Assembly (NCBI GenBank): GCA_043228905.1
Contig: JBHGNT010000008.1
Span: 4,402,001-4,466,000 of the forward strand
Direction: 5' to 3'
DNA from: Azolla caroliniana
Taxonomy: Eukaryota; Plantae; Polypodiophyta
DNA length: 64,000 nt
The position numbers were made by a program, and so were the translations under genes. Positions 1 through 13,600 of this stretch are shown here, piece after piece (position 1 is the stretch's first letter; each line of letters opens with the position of its first letter). The notes beneath the pieces are model-generated. The model was given only the letters and a program-made list of their open reading frames with translations, was not told where the DNA came from and did no database searches.

Positions 1-810
1 GTTCGAATCCTACCATATCATGACATGTAAAAAAGTTACCTTTTTTACAAGAACTCAATACTAACTTTTTTACATGAACCCGATACGACGTATCGAGTTC
101 ATGTTGAAAAGCTAACTTTTTTACATGAACCTGACACGGTGTATCGAGTTCATGTTTAAAGTTTTATTTCGGATTTTTTTTATTTAAATAATTACATTTT
201 TTCCTATTTTATTATGGTGTTTTGTTTTTTTTCTAAAAAAAAATTGAGCTTTAAGAAGTGATAAAAATAATATTTTATGTATTACAATGTATGGTTTAAT
301 TGTCAAGAGCTTGACCCATGTAACATAAGGTCATGGGTTTGAGTCCTACCATATCATGACATGAAAAGTTTAATTTTAGATTTTTTTTATTTAAAATAAT
401 TACATTTTTTTCTATTTTATTTTGGTACTTTGTTTTTTTTTCTAAAACAAAATTGAGCTTGAATAAGTGATGAAAAAACCAAAGCTTTTATCACAAGTCG
501 ATACAATGTATCAAATTGATGTTTAAAAAATAAAACAAAATCAATAAAAAACTATAAAAAATTGAAAAAAATTGAAACAAAATTGAAAACAATTAGAAAA
601 AATTACTTTAAGCATGAACTCAATACATTATATCGAATTGTGATGAAAATTATGGTTTTCTAGATGAACTCAAGCACAATTTATTATTATTATTATTTTT
701 TAAATCTAGTAAAAAAAACTTTGAGCAATAATTCAATACATTGTATGGAATTATGATGAAAACTCTATTTTTTACATCAACTCGATATAACATATCGACT
801 TAATGTTTAA
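1..810. repeat. AT-rich degenerate tandem repeats with ~33-bp palindromes and tRNA-like A/B-box modules
   Basis: Palindrome ACATGAAC-C-CGATACG-A-CGTATCG-A-GTTCATGT at 72-104, with decayed copies near 123, 490, 612 and 775; 170-265 is repeated at ~378-475; B-box-like GTTCGAATCC at 1 and GTTTGAGTCC at 337. Confidence 0.6.
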
Positions 811-1846
811 AATCTTGTTGTTTTTCAGATAAAAGAGGTTTTTTAAACATGAACTTGAATCGTACTAAAATCTTTGTTTTTACAAGAGAAAAAGATGCAT
901 ATTGATAGTGCAAACAAGTATGTTGTACAATAAGATACTTTATGGTAAACATGTGCATCATTGATTAACAAAAAACTATTAATAATTGTGTTGATGGTAA
1001 TTGAACCTTGCAAATGCCATTTACACGGTCCATAAAGTGTTCGTGTGGTTCTCAATCACTACTTAATGTTGATCTTTATAGTTGGAACGAATGATGACAA
1101 CACAAGCATAACTCAGGTAACAAGGAAACTTGCAAGAAGTCAAGGTGAGGATATTAATAGCTACACATGTAGATGGCCATGACCTAGGGTACCAATTCTG
1201 CATTGGTAAAGTTTTGGACGTGATGATGCATAAAACCTTTGTAATACATCTATCATTGACATTAATGAGGTGGATATCATTATGTATGACTTTACACAAA
1301 TAAAAGTTGGATGTATAAGGACAACAACGATATGCATAATAAAAGAGATATTAGCAAGTCTAGAAGATATCTTAGATTGAAGACGAAGAAGATTTATTGC
1401 ACAAAATTTGGAGATACCATTTGGTGAAGACAATGATTTGATTGGTACATTAGAAGATGAGGAGGAAGAGTCACAATTGTATATTATCTATAGTAGTGAT
1501 TATCATGAAAAGAATGATGATAGTCATGCAAATAACTCCCAAATGTATTTGTTGTGCAACTATATGTAACAAATTTAGACAACATTTTATCGAATGAAAT
1601 AAAAACGTTCATTGTTTTGAAATATTCTACTTTGATTTCTTTAAGATCTAAAAACTTATTAGTTGTCATTTTTCTTTAAAAATCCACAAAGTTACTTTTC
1701 ATATTTTACCCAAATTTGGCATTTTTCAATTTTACCAAATGGTGAAATTTTCAACTTTTTCATCAAGTTTTGGAGAACATGTGATACTAGTATCAAGATG
1801 TTTTGTGAAATGGCAAAAAAAACCCCAAAATCAAACAGAATATTCC

Positions 1847-2380
1847 TTATCCTTCCACTTGTGGGCGATCCTTCCACTTGTGAACGCAAACGTGTTTGTC
1901 CTCTTCAAGCAACACTTGGTCCGTATTGGGGAGACGACTAAACATCTGGTCGAATTCGTCGTACACCCTCGAGACGCTCATCTTCTTATTCTTCTTCTCT
2001 ATCCACTTCATCAGGGCATGTCGAGTCATCCTCGTTGAGTCTTCAGTCACGAACTCCGCTAGTATCATTTTCTCGAACTCGGACCATGTTGTCTTACCTT
2101 CTTGAAGCTCAATGACGCGTCTTTGGATGTTGTTGGCGACAACTCTCTTGAAGCTTGCGATTTGACGTGCCTTGGACACGTCCCTCTGATTCATCTCCCT
2201 CTTATATGCATCAAGGAACTTCGTAACGTTCCTTCCATCGAATTGGCCCTCGAGCTCTACGACACGATCGACAGCCTTCTCCACGCTCGCGTCATTGTCC
2301 CGAGATCTCATCATTTGCTCGACGATTAGCATCATCCTTTCGAGCTCTCCTGCTTGGTTGCTTGAGGACGCCATCTCCAA
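1847..2380 (-). pseudogene. gag: Truncated gag of a tRNA-Trp-primed Ty3/Gypsy element
   Basis: ORF FDGRNVTKFLDAY... resembles gag of element B (FEGINLTRLLKIY); it starts just downstream of the PBS. Confidence 0.8.
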
Positions 2381-2415
2381 GTATTAATCTCGACTTGATC
2401 CTTCCTACCGCCTCG

Positions 2416-2433
2416 TTCACGTCGGGTTCACCA
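2416..2433 (-). promoter_or_regulatory. Primer-binding site, tRNA-Trp
   Basis: TGGTGAACCCGACGTGAA, complementary to the plant tRNA-Trp 3' end, adjacent to the LTR. Confidence 0.85.
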
Positions 2434-2441
2434 CTTAATTA

Positions 2442-3526
2442 TGTCGTGAAGATCCGTCACTACGCGCGGATCGTGAGGCGGAACCGCCGGGGTTCTGGAC
2501 CGGAAGGATTCAAAGTCGATACAAGCTTTGGCAAGAAAGTACTTAAGATAGATTGGGAAAGAGAGAAGTTGAGATTAAACGATTGAGAAAGATTGATTGA
2601 ACTTTTAACTTTAGATTTAAGAAACAAGTTACACGATCAATTTGATAACGAATTTCTTCCTCTTAATTTTCATTAAAAAAAAACCGTCCTTTTTTTCTCC
2701 TCCCCCTTCCCTCTTTTATAGATGCTCTCATGCATATGATGCATGTGAGGGTACAAGACATGCATAAATTGAATGTTTGCCATTTGGCGCTTATGTATTA
2801 CATGTGGTGCATGATAACCATGTCACTCATTTTAGTTCTCATGTATGAGAATTTACATGTAAAAGTACAATGATAGAAATATAATTTCAACTAAATAGCA
2901 TGGCTTAATGATAAGCCAATTGACTCCTAACTTGGAGGTGCAAGGTTCGAATCCTTACTTGCCCTCCTTGTATATGTAAATATGTATATATATTTATATA
3001 TTTATTTATCTAGTCGCCGGATGCCGGTTCGCCGGATACCGTCACCGGATGCCGTTGGTTACCGTTGCCGTCGGTTACCGGTGCGTCGCCGGATGCCGCC
3101 GGATCACCGTCGTCGGATGCCGTCGGATCACCGGCTCCATCGCCGGTCCGGTTTTGGTTGGCCAAAACCCTTTACGAGTAGCTAGCCCACCTCCACTCTT
3201 AGTTTAAGTTACCTTGAACTCTCTATGCTCCACACATAGACACAAAGATAATATCTTTTGGTCCACATTATATATGATGAGAGCTGTATTTGTCGTGCCT
3301 ATGTGGGATATCTCACAATTTTCTCCTTTCCTTTTACAAACTTTATACCCTCATATCTTGACATTTAGTTGTCCATTTCTCGTGTAATAAAGTGCATTCG
3401 AAACCTCCATCATTTTGTACTTAGATATTAAAAATGTTATCTTCACAATTATTGTATTATGTGATTCATACTCGATTTCGTACGTTTTATGGGATTTTCA
3501 CACTATTGCCGAAAATCTTCACGACA
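2442..3526 (-). mobile_element. 5' LTR of the Trp-PBS Gypsy element
   Basis: Termini TGTCGTGAAGAT...ATCTTCACGACA (12-bp inverted repeat); adjacent to PBS and gag. Confidence 0.85.
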
Positions 3527-5279
3527 ATGCATAAGTCCCGATTTTTGGACTTGGAACCGAGCATGATGCACAGAATCCTCGAGAGAGGTAAATGGCTTGC
3601 TCGATAATGTGAGCAAGTTTTGTGCTTGTTCGGTTTGAGAAGGTGGCTGCAAGAACTGTTCTTTAAAACATCGATGAAACCTTCCCAAGTTGTGGGTAAG
3701 CAACAACTCGGCCACCTAACTCATGACCGACAGAACCATTTTTTTCAGCATCGGGCTTGGGATGGAGTTGAAAGTGAGACTCCCAACGACCAAGCCAAGT
3801 GCTAATGGCCTCCTCAGTTCTTTCTTTCTTATCTCCCTTGAATGGTGTGACTACAAAAGAAGGTTCACCTTCTTTCATGGACTCAATAGTCAATCCTTAG
3901 AATTTCGTTTCCAAAGCCATATTGGTTTGCCTCATTTTGGCCAATTAATTCAAGGTAGTAGTGAGCAATTTCTCAATAGTGATCTCAGCTTGTGTGCGAG
4001 ATGCGGATTGGAGTTGAGAGGTCTCGGTCAGAGAGATCTCTCCAATAGTGTTCAAAACTTGTTCCATGATGCAAGCTATGTGTATGCAATATATATAAGG
4101 AGGTTCAAAAAATACACAAGCAAAATGAATGCTTGAAATTTTGATTGGAAGAACTTTATCCAAGAAAGCATCTCACGTCTTTACCCCTCTAGACATATGA
4201 GATGTGGTACGAGATCCGATAACTATGGTAACACTATGGTGTTTTAAAAACCATGGGGGAAAACATAGCAAATATGTCTTTCTCGTATCTCTATCTTGAA
4301 TAATCATGGTGGCTCCCCGAGGCTCAACCATGGTTCTAGCATCAATGTAATTTCCTAGTTAGCCTTATATTAAAATGCCAACTCATCATATATTGATATG
4401 GTCAAGAAAGTGTATTACGTTCAAAAACAAGTGCACTCTCAAGTAATATTCTGGTCTTGCGAGTAGCAAGCAAATGTTATGAAAAAAAAAAGAAAAATAA
4501 GTCACTACCTATAAGAGTCAAGAAGTGACGAAAACAAGGTTAAAAAACCATGCATTGTCTACTAAACAAAAATACCACAAATAAATGGATGGTGCGAGGT
4601 ATGCACATATCCATCCCAATATGGTGGTTGTAATTTCAACAATTGTGACATAAGCCACAAGTTGATACAAGTGGTGGTGGTGTTGTGCGCAAAGATGTAG
4701 TACTCAAATGTATGAGTAAACATCAATAAGGGAACTCATGTGGTTTTATTCGAGTTCTAAGGCTCGATAATATGAGTTAAACCAAGATGACCCGTTGGAA
4801 AAAATCATCTAAAAAAGCGGCATAATGCCCACTGAATACAAAAAAATCGTTTACATGGAAGCGTTACATCATAGGTAAACGCACGTAAATACTTTAAACA
4901 TGAAAATTACGGGTAAAAAATAGAGTGAAGTGTGAGTGGGTAGATGACAATCACAATAAAATCTTAAGAAAGCGGGAAGATAACTTGTGTAATTAGAAAA
5001 TAAGTAGAATAATAATCAATTAGGTGTATGAAACATTCCAGATGCCATAAGGTAAGAAACCCTAGGGTAATCGAATGCACCTCAAGACCACCACATTCCA
5101 TAGAATCAATCAAGTGATGGCTCAATAGAGAGTAGAGTGGCATACATAAGTGACATACACCTCGTCAAGGCCACAACATCCCATAGAGTCGGCCAAGTGA
5201 TGGCTCAATAAAGGGAACATACCCTTCACTTAGGTAAATATTAGTGACCTACCCTCACCCAAGTTAAGTGTACATAACA
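3527..5279 (-). mobile_element. Old Gypsy-like 5' portion: gag remnant (~3530-4100), decayed PBS and probable LTR 4346-5279
   Basis: Gag-like peptide STWLGRWESHFQLHP; TG...CA block ending exactly where Copia RT homology starts at 5280. Confidence 0.5.
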
Positions 5280-6144
5280 CTGGCAAGGCAAATCTTGGGA
5301 ATGCACATTGTGCGGGACCAAACAAAGAAGTTGTTGTGGCTATCACAAGAAACATATGTGACAAAGGTACTCCAGAGATTCAACAGGCAAAACGCGAAAC
5401 CGATCAGTTCGACACTGCCGACAAACAACAAGTTGTCTGGGAGACAAAGTTCGAAGACGAAGGTGGAAAATTCTAAGATGAAAAAGGTTCCCTATGCCTT
5501 AGTATTTGGAAGCCTTATGTATGCGATGGTTTGCACCAGGCCGGACATCAGATATGTTGTTGGAGTCATCAGCCGATTCATGAGCAATTCAAGAAGAGAG
5601 CATTGGGTAGCAATGAAGTGGATACTTCAGTACCTGAAAGGCACCTTGAGCATGTGCCTCCGATTGGTCTCAAGTAATCCCACATTAGAAGGTTTTATCG
5701 ACTCGACATGTCGGTTGATCTAGACACTAGTCGGTCCACGTCGGAGTATATGATGACTTATGCGAGGGAAGCCATCTCATGGCAATCGAGGTGTTGTCGA
5801 CCACAGAAGCCAAGTATATGGCTGCAGTAGAAGCCGGAAAGGAGATAATCTGGATGAAGGAGTTGATCGAGGAGTTGGGAATTCAACAGGATGAATTCTG
5901 ACTCTACTGCGATAACCAAAGTGCCATCCATCTTGTGAAGAATGCTACCTACCACTTGAGGACTAAGCACATCCAGCGGAGATACCATGGGCTTAGAGAG
6001 AGGATAGAAGAAAAAGAGTTTGCTCTAGTGAAGGTACACACAACAGAGAACAAGTCGGACATGTTGACGAAGTTGTTGTCGGCGGAGAGGTTGGATGTGT
6101 GTCAAAGTCGGGTCGGGTTGACAAAACACCCCATGCCGGAGTGA
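5280..6144 (+). pseudogene. pol: Copia H reverse transcriptase/RNase H 3' part, frameshifted
   Basis: ILGMHIVRD, GSLMYAMVCTRPDI and RTKHIQRRYH...HPMPE motifs; PPT GTGAAGGGGAG at 6141-6151. Confidence 0.9.
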
Positions 6145-6153
6145 AGGGGAGTT

Positions 6154-6426
6154 TGTTGGGAAAAAAGGCCCTTTCGGATAGGACGGAGAGCACGAGCCGT
6201 ATCAGTAGGATCCAAAGTAAAAGAGAGACCGGATCCGAATCAGTGTCAAGATCGGTGTCCAAAAAAGGATACATGTGTAAATATGTTTCGGTTGCGCCTA
6301 CTTGGGACAACTTTGTAAATAGTCCTAAGTTATCTAAGTATAAAGGTAACTAGGAAAAAACTTTATGGTGTGTGTTCGTAGTGTATGTGTATAGTGTTCT
6401 TGAATATGTAACACATACATATAGAA

Positions 6427-6462
<36 letters not shown>
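6154..6462 (+). mobile_element. Copia H 3' LTR, first part, ending in a (GA)n tract
   Basis: TGTTGGG directly after the PPT; interrupted by the LINE. Confidence 0.8.
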
Positions 6463-6467
<5 letters not shown>

Positions 6468-6685
6468 AAGAAAGAAAGAAAGATATATTAACGTCTTCTA
6501 AGGCCAAAATTGGCCCATGAGACAAATGGTGTACAACAAAAATGGGATATTTACCCATTCATCGAAAGTAAAAATAAAAATAAGATAAAATAGAGTTTAA
6601 GCTAAATAGTTCTAAGAAAACAACAAACATGTTCTATATAAAAAACATGTTCTACAATGAGAATGATTCTATACTAGGCCTAATT

Positions 6686-9600
6686 TCATTTCCATCCAAG
6701 TCTCTCGAAGAGAAGCGGGGGGTCAAAGGGTTGCCATGTGGATGTGGCCCGTGGTCCCCATGTAAGAGGTACCCCAACCATAGCTTCGAGTCGACGTAGC
6801 TCACGTTCCCTTATCTTCTTAATCTTTTCTACTCCACGTTGACTTGTGTTGAAGCCCAACATCCGAGGACGTTTGGTTGCTCTTTGTATTTCTGCTTCCT
6901 CAAGGGAGAGGCCGAGCGGCATAAGTGTATCCACATTCATCGTCTCCCCATGTTCCTGAAAAATTACACTAGGTACATGTTGATGAGTAGTAAAAGGGTT
7001 ATGATTAACACTTTGTAATTTATCCTCCCTATGTTGTTTTAGCTCTAAGATATACCTACCTAGTCTCTTTACACTCGGGGTATCTAATAGTTTGGAGAGG
7101 GTGGGAGAGGGTCCTAGTATGTCTTGGTATTCCGCCCGTATCTCGGCATAAGTTGGGCACTTGCATGTGAAGTGATACTCATCCTCTATCTCTATGTGGC
7201 ATAACCTACATAGCCTTTCCTCTCTCGGGACTCTATTAGCTCGACCATTCTCAATCTCAAGTTGGTGAGATGATATCCTAAGTTGTCCAATGGCCACCCT
7301 TAGTGCATTTGATAAGAAAGTATCTAGGTATCTTGGTCGTGTAATAAACCCTAACTTAGAGAAGTGCAAGAAGTGTTCCTTATAGTACACCATTTTAGAT
7401 GGGAGTGGCTCTCGTGGGGTGATCCATTTGTATCGAGTGTAGATTTGCCATATTTCTTGGCGTATCACTTTATTACGATCTTCCCGAGAGATTAAAGTTT
7501 GATCAGTCCCATGGTTGTACTTAAGGGGAGGTAGGTTATTAATGTCTATGCCATTTGCAAATAACCAACTCACCACAATGCTATACCAAGAGTTAGTGTC
7601 TCCAGACACATGTAAGGATCGGGATGCCTCAAAGGCTCGACGGGATATCCTATCTTGTGGTTGACTATGTATCCGATGAATAAAAGCTACCACTTGAAAG
7701 AGTGCTTCTACTAACATCGGGGGTAGGCTAAACTCCGCTCTAATAATGTCATGTGGTACTGTCGATTTGCTTCGGAGTTGACGTGATAACATCACCACTA
7801 AAGGTCTCTCCAATTGCGTCCACATGAAAGATGGTAGACCTGGAGCCCATACTACTGATGCATACATGAGGGACGGGGTCACTAATGAGTCGAAAAGCCA
7901 TCCCTTAGTCCGTGGCTCTTGAAAGTATGCTTGGTGGCATTGTCTCTCTAAGAGTGAGAGGGATGCATATCCTCTCGTTAGCCTATCTTTGGCTGCCTGG
8001 GTCATCGAGAATTTACCTGAGCGAGCACTAAAAGTGACTCCCAAGTATACATAAGATCCACCACCTCAACTAGTTTATGAGAGAGGATGAGGTGACATTT
8101 ACTCCTAACTCTGGACGATGTATGAAAGATAAGGACTTTAGTTTTCGCTAGATTCACTACCAGTCCTCGTTGTGTACAAAAGTCATCTAGGGCATTAAGA
8201 TGCTTTTGTAGGTCGTGTTCCGACTCCGAGAGCAAGACAATGTCGTCTGCGTAGAGTAAGAGACTAACTTGCGTATCCCCAATAGCCACTCCTTTGCCTC
8301 CCTTACGAGCAATAAAATCAGTGATCTCATCAATGTAGATCCCAAAAAGAGTCGGTGATAGGGGGCAACCCTGTTTTACACCAATGGTGCTAGTGAAACA
8401 ATCGGATAGGCCACCTGGGCATCTTACGCGCCCACAGACTTGCTCATATAGGGCATAAATGGCCCAAATCATGTCATTTGGTATCTCCAAGCTCTTAAGT
8501 CTATCAAACAACCTCTCCCTAGGAACTGTATCAAAGGCTTTGCGAAAGTCCACAAAGCAACAATATAGTTTCTTCTTACGAGCCTTTGTTTGGTCAATTA
8601 AGCACCTAAGTGTGAAGATGTGGTCAATAGTGGAGAAGGCTCGTCTAAAGCCAGCCTGCTCAGGTGCTCGAAGACTTAATGTTTCCATATAATCACTGAG
8701 CTCCGCTTCCATTACTGCACCATATAGTTTAGCAAGCGTATGACCTATCATAATGGTCCTATATGTATTTGGGTCCATTGGGTCCCCTCCTTTATGTATA
8801 GGGGCCACAGTGTTCATGGCCCATTGTGGTGGAAAACCCTCGGCGAGGGCGCGGTTGAAGATTAGAGTGAGAAGGGGAGCTAGGCACTCTCAAGCATATA
8901 TGATGTGCTCGGCTCGCAATCCTGTGTGGTCCATGGATTTCCTATGTTGTAATTTTTTTATGACCTTCATGACCCTAGAGGTCGTGAAAAGTGTCCCCAT
9001 GGTAGGTCGAGGTGTGGAGGGCATTGGAATGGGTGGTTGGTTCGGGACATGGTAGAGTCTCTCGGTATATGTGTGCCAAATATTGGGATCCTCGATGGGT
9101 GTTTGTGGTCTCGGTTCCCGTAGTCTCTTCCATGCAAGGGCACAATCCCTACTCATGAGCATATGGTAGAGTTCCCAATATTGAGATGCTTCCCAAGCTC
9201 GTCTTTTACGACGTGTCATCTTGCGCATCTCTTTGCGAGCCTGTACTAAGGAGATAGTACCACTGAGTCGCGATACTTTAAGTTGTCTATACAACTCTCT
9301 ACAATCCTCGTCATACCACTTGTTTTGTGGCATAGACCCTATTCTACTATGATTGGAGTCTTTCGTGTATGGGAAGCTACTAGTGGCGGCTGAGTGAAGG
9401 ATGTGTGTGAGTTCTGTAGTGAGGTTCTCTAAAGGCAAGGAAGAATCAAACGAGGAAAGATGGGCTTGAACATGTCGAGAGTAGATGTCCGCGAGCTCAT
9501 GCGTGAAATGTATTATAGTGTGATGGGTTGGTTTACTAGAGTTGGTGGTGTGGGAGGTGTCACATTTTAGCTCAAAGTATAGGAAGGTATGGTCTGCCCC

Positions 9601-9939
9601 AATGGGGCATGGGGCCACCCGGAAGGAGCTAACCATGTGGGTAGCTTCAGGGCGTCCTATTAGATAATCAACGGTGCTTTCCCCTCCTCCATGTGGGAAA
9701 CATGTGAGCTCTTCCGAGCCCGGCCACTTGGCTAAGCCATTATATATGATCATCTGGTGTCGGCTTCCAAGTTCAAGCAGATGATGGCCAAAGCTTGTGG
9801 CATCCGCACCTTGATCCTTCGATGTACGTGTTATGCCTAAGGCTAAAGGGTCGACATTCACCATTTCTAGGTTTCTATCCATCTGAAATATTGTGCATTG
9901 TCGGGACTGGGTTCTCGCATTGAAATCTCCTACCAGGAA
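6686..9939 (-). pseudogene. LINE ORF2 3' part: APE C-terminus, RT and C-terminal Cys/His motif
   Basis: GDFNART and GADH (APE); QAGFR, FVDFRKAFD, GVKQGCPLSP, YADD (RT); CRLC..EDEYHFTCKC; nonsense codon at 8890-8892 and frameshift near 8050. Confidence 0.93.
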
Positions 9940-10415
9940 TGTTATGAATCCACGCTCCGATTCACCTTCACCGTTCGGCCACAACCGAGAAATCACGAAT
10001 CAATGCAGCAGAAAATAGGAAACACAGAGAAAGAACACGATTACACAGGGATTAACGTGGAAAACCCTTTATGGGAAAAAACCACGGGAGTCCTCAAACT
10101 CCAACTATCACTATGAACAGAGATGTACAATGGTGAGGCTTCAAGGCAACAACCTTGAGCTCACTGTCTTCGCCACAGGCGGCGGTAATACACAGAGGCA
10201 ACGACCTCTTCGTCTCTCTCTCTCTCTCTCTCTCTCGGCTGCTCTCACTTGGCATAAAAAATGAGCAACAACTTACAGCACCCACAAACAGTTTGCCCTA
10301 AGTCATATTTATACACATATGACTTTCAGGCTATTTACAAATATAGCCACAAGGGCCCTTGGCAAACATATTCACAAATATGTCCCCGCATCCGGATCTC
10401 TCTCCGGGTACATAC

Positions 10416-10590
10416 ATCATCCGGCTCCGTAGCCGGGGTCTTCGTCATCCGGTTCCGTAGCCGGGTCTTCGTCATCCGGCTCCGTAGCCGGGTCTTCGTC
10501 ATCCGGCTCCGTAGCCGGGTCTTCGTCATCCGGCTCCGTAGCCGGGTCTTCATCATCCGGCTCCGTAGCCGGGTCTTCGTCATCCGGCTT
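10416..10590. repeat. 27-bp tandem repeat in the Copia I LTR (6+ units; 5+ units at ~15215-15361)
   Basis: Unit TCATCCGGCTCCGTAGCCGGGTCTTCG; explains the 27-bp LTR length difference. Confidence 0.95.
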
Positions 10591-10651
10591 GCCGTCATTC
10601 ATCTCCGGACATCCCATCCGGAGGGACCGTAAATCCCAACAAACTCCCCCT

Positions 10652-13600
10652 TCACTTCGGCATGGGATGTCTCTCCAATCCGATCCTCTTCCGGCATGCT
10701 TCTAGCTTGTCGGGTGTAAGTACCTTGGTCAGCATATCCGACCCGTTCTCGTCCGTGTGGATCTTCGTCAGCACGAACTCCTTGTCTTCTATCCTTTCCC
10801 GGATCCAGTGGTATCTACGCTGGATGTGCTTCGTCCGGGAGTGATAGGCCGCATTCTTCGCAAGGTGGATGGCACTCTGACTGTCGCAGTAGAGTCGATA
10901 CTCCTCCTGCCGGATACCGAGCTCTTTAATGAAGTCCTTCATCCATATTATTTCCTTGCCGGCTTCAACAGCCGCCATGTACTCCGCCTCCGTGGTTGAC
11001 AGTGCAACCGTCTTCTGCAGCCTCGACTGCCATGAAACAGCTCCCCCTGCATACGTCATCACATACCCTGATGTGGACCGGCTGGTATCTGTATCAGCTG
11101 ACATATCCGAATCGGTAAATCCATCGAGTTCGGGCTTACCGGAGCCGAATCGGAGGCACATGTTTGCCGTGCCCTTCAGGTATCGGAGTATCCATTTGAC
11201 CGCGTTCCAATGCTCTTTGCCGGGATTGCTCATGTACCGGCTCACCACTCCGACTGCATATCCTATGTCCGGTCGGGTACACACCATCGCGTACATCAAG
11301 CTCCCGACGGCAGAGGCATATGGTACTTTCATCATGTCCTCCTTCTCAGCCTTTGTCTTGGGGCTTTGCTTGCTGGACAGCTTGCAGTTTGCTGGGAGTG
11401 TTGATCCCACCGGTCTTGCTTCCGACATGTTGAACCGGTGAAGCACCTTTGTCACGTACTTCTCCTGTGACAACCACAACTGCTTCTTCTTCCGGTCCCG
11501 GATGATGTGCATCCCTAGTATTTGCCTCGCCGGACCCAGGTCCTTCATTGAGAAGGTTCGGTGAAGAGCCTTCTTCAGCATCCGTATCTTGACCTGGTCC
11601 CGTCCGACGATCAACATGTCGTCCACGTACAGGAGGAGTATTAGAAAGTCTCCTCCTTCGAACTTCTTCACAAACACGCAGTGATCGGACTGCGTTTTGT
11701 GGTACCCTTCGTCGGTCATGAAGGAGTCGAACTTCCGGTACCACTGCCGGGGAGCCTGCTTCAGTCCGTAAAGGCTCTTCTTCAACCGGCATACCAGGTG
11801 CTCCTTCCCTTTCTTCTCGAATCCTTCCGGTTGCTGCATGTAGATCTCTTCTTCGAGGTCACCGTGAAGGAATGCCGTCTTCACGTCCATCTGTTCTACC
11901 TCGAGGTCCATGCTTGCCGCTATGCTCAGCACCGTCCGGATGGAGGTCATCTTCACAACCGGGGCAAATATCTCATCGAAGTCGACGCCCTTCTTCTGCT
12001 GAGACCCCTTCACCACGATCCTGGCTTTGTATCTCGGGGGGTTTCCGGTATCTCCCGGTTTCAGCTTGAACACCCACTTGTTTCGAAGTGCCCGCTTTCC
12101 TTTCGGCAACTCCACTAGTTCATATGTGTGGTTCTCATGCAGGGAATCCATCTCGTCCTGCATGGCACTCAACCACCTGCGGCTCTGGGTGTCGTGCTTT
12201 GCTTCTTCAAAGCTCTCCGGCTCCCCCTCGTCGGTTAGCAGCACGTGCTCTGGTTCTGGAAATCTCCGGGGGGCCCTTCTCTCTCTTAGAGGATATCTCC
12301 GTTCCGGAGCTTCGGTAACCGGCTCCTCCGTTTCCTCTTCATCCGAATCCATTTCGGGATCGGGGCCGGTTCCGGTATCAGTTTCATCTTCCTCGGCCGG
12401 TTCTGTTTCTTCACCGTCTTCGGCCGGATCCTCGAGTGCTAACCGGTCCCTTGCCGGTCGGGACTGCTCTTCCTAGAGTTGATTCTCACCGGTCGGCTTT
12501 GAGCTCTTCATGTTCTTCTTCGACTCCCAGTCGGCGAGTGGATATCACGACTCCTGAATATCTTCTTATCGACCGGGTCCCATACTCGGTAGCCGAACTC
12601 GTCGTTGCCGTAACCGAGGAATATGCATGGCCGGGTCTTTGGATCTAGCTTTCCTCTCCGGTCCTTTGCCACATGCACATATGCGAGACACCCGAACACC
12701 TTCAGATGCCGGTAGGATACTTCCCTACCGGTCCACACTCTCTGCGGCGTGTCTCCATCCAAAGGTACTGAGGGTGATCTGTTTATCACGTATGTCGCCG
12801 TCGACATTGCCTCAGCCCAAAATCCCTTGGGTAATTTCGCATGCGCCAGCATACTCCGGACCCTTTCCATTATGGTCCGGTTCATCCTCTCGGCCAGCCC
12901 GTTCAGTTCCGGCGTCTTCGGCACAGTAAACTCGAGCCGGATTCCCTTCGAGCGATAGTACTCCGCGAACTGCCCCCGGTATTCCCCTCCGTTATCCGCT
13001 CGTATCGCTTTCAGCTTCTTGCCGGATTCTCTTTCCACTCTCGCGTGGAGTTCTTTGAAGACGGACAATACTTGGTCCTTTGTCTTCAACGGTGCCGTCC
13101 ACAGCTTCCGGCTGTGATCATCAATGAATGTTACGAAGTACTGGGCTCCGCCATGTGACTTCGTTTCTACCTGACACACATCAGTGTGCACCAACTCCAA
13201 TGGTGCGCTGCGTCTCGTCGGTGGCCTTGAGTGGAAGGAGGCTCGGTTCTGCTTACCGGCCAGGCAATCGGTGCACTTCTCCAGATGCACATGCTTCACT
13301 GGAATAAGGTTGTCTTCTGCAAGCCTCTTCATCCCCTTCTCACTCATGTGGCACAGTCTCTTGTGCCACAGCTCACCGGCAGTGTCGGCTGCCACGTTCA
13401 GCTCCTCCGGACATAGCCGGGAATTCATCAGGTACAGTGTGTTGATCTTCCGGGCCCGAGCCACTATCAGGCTCCCTTTGCTGAACTTCATGACACCGTT
13501 CCGGATGCTACCCGTGTAGCCTTCATCATCTAGCCTCCCGGCTGAGATCAGGTTCAATCAGACCTCCAGAACGTGTCGAACATCCTTCAGCAGCATCTTG

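Noticed and set aside
2895-2965. Functional tRNA genes in LTRs
   Set aside because: No convincing acceptor stems or canonical anticodon loops
10261-10632. Repeat-protein ORFs in LTRs and antisense ORFs such as 21367-22536 and 52912-53841
   Set aside because: By-products of tandem repeats or shadows of opposite-strand coding
13558-13560. Programmed gag/pol readthrough in Copia I
   Set aside because: The stop lies within the protease region where Copia E has a sense codon; it is probably a C-to-T mutation
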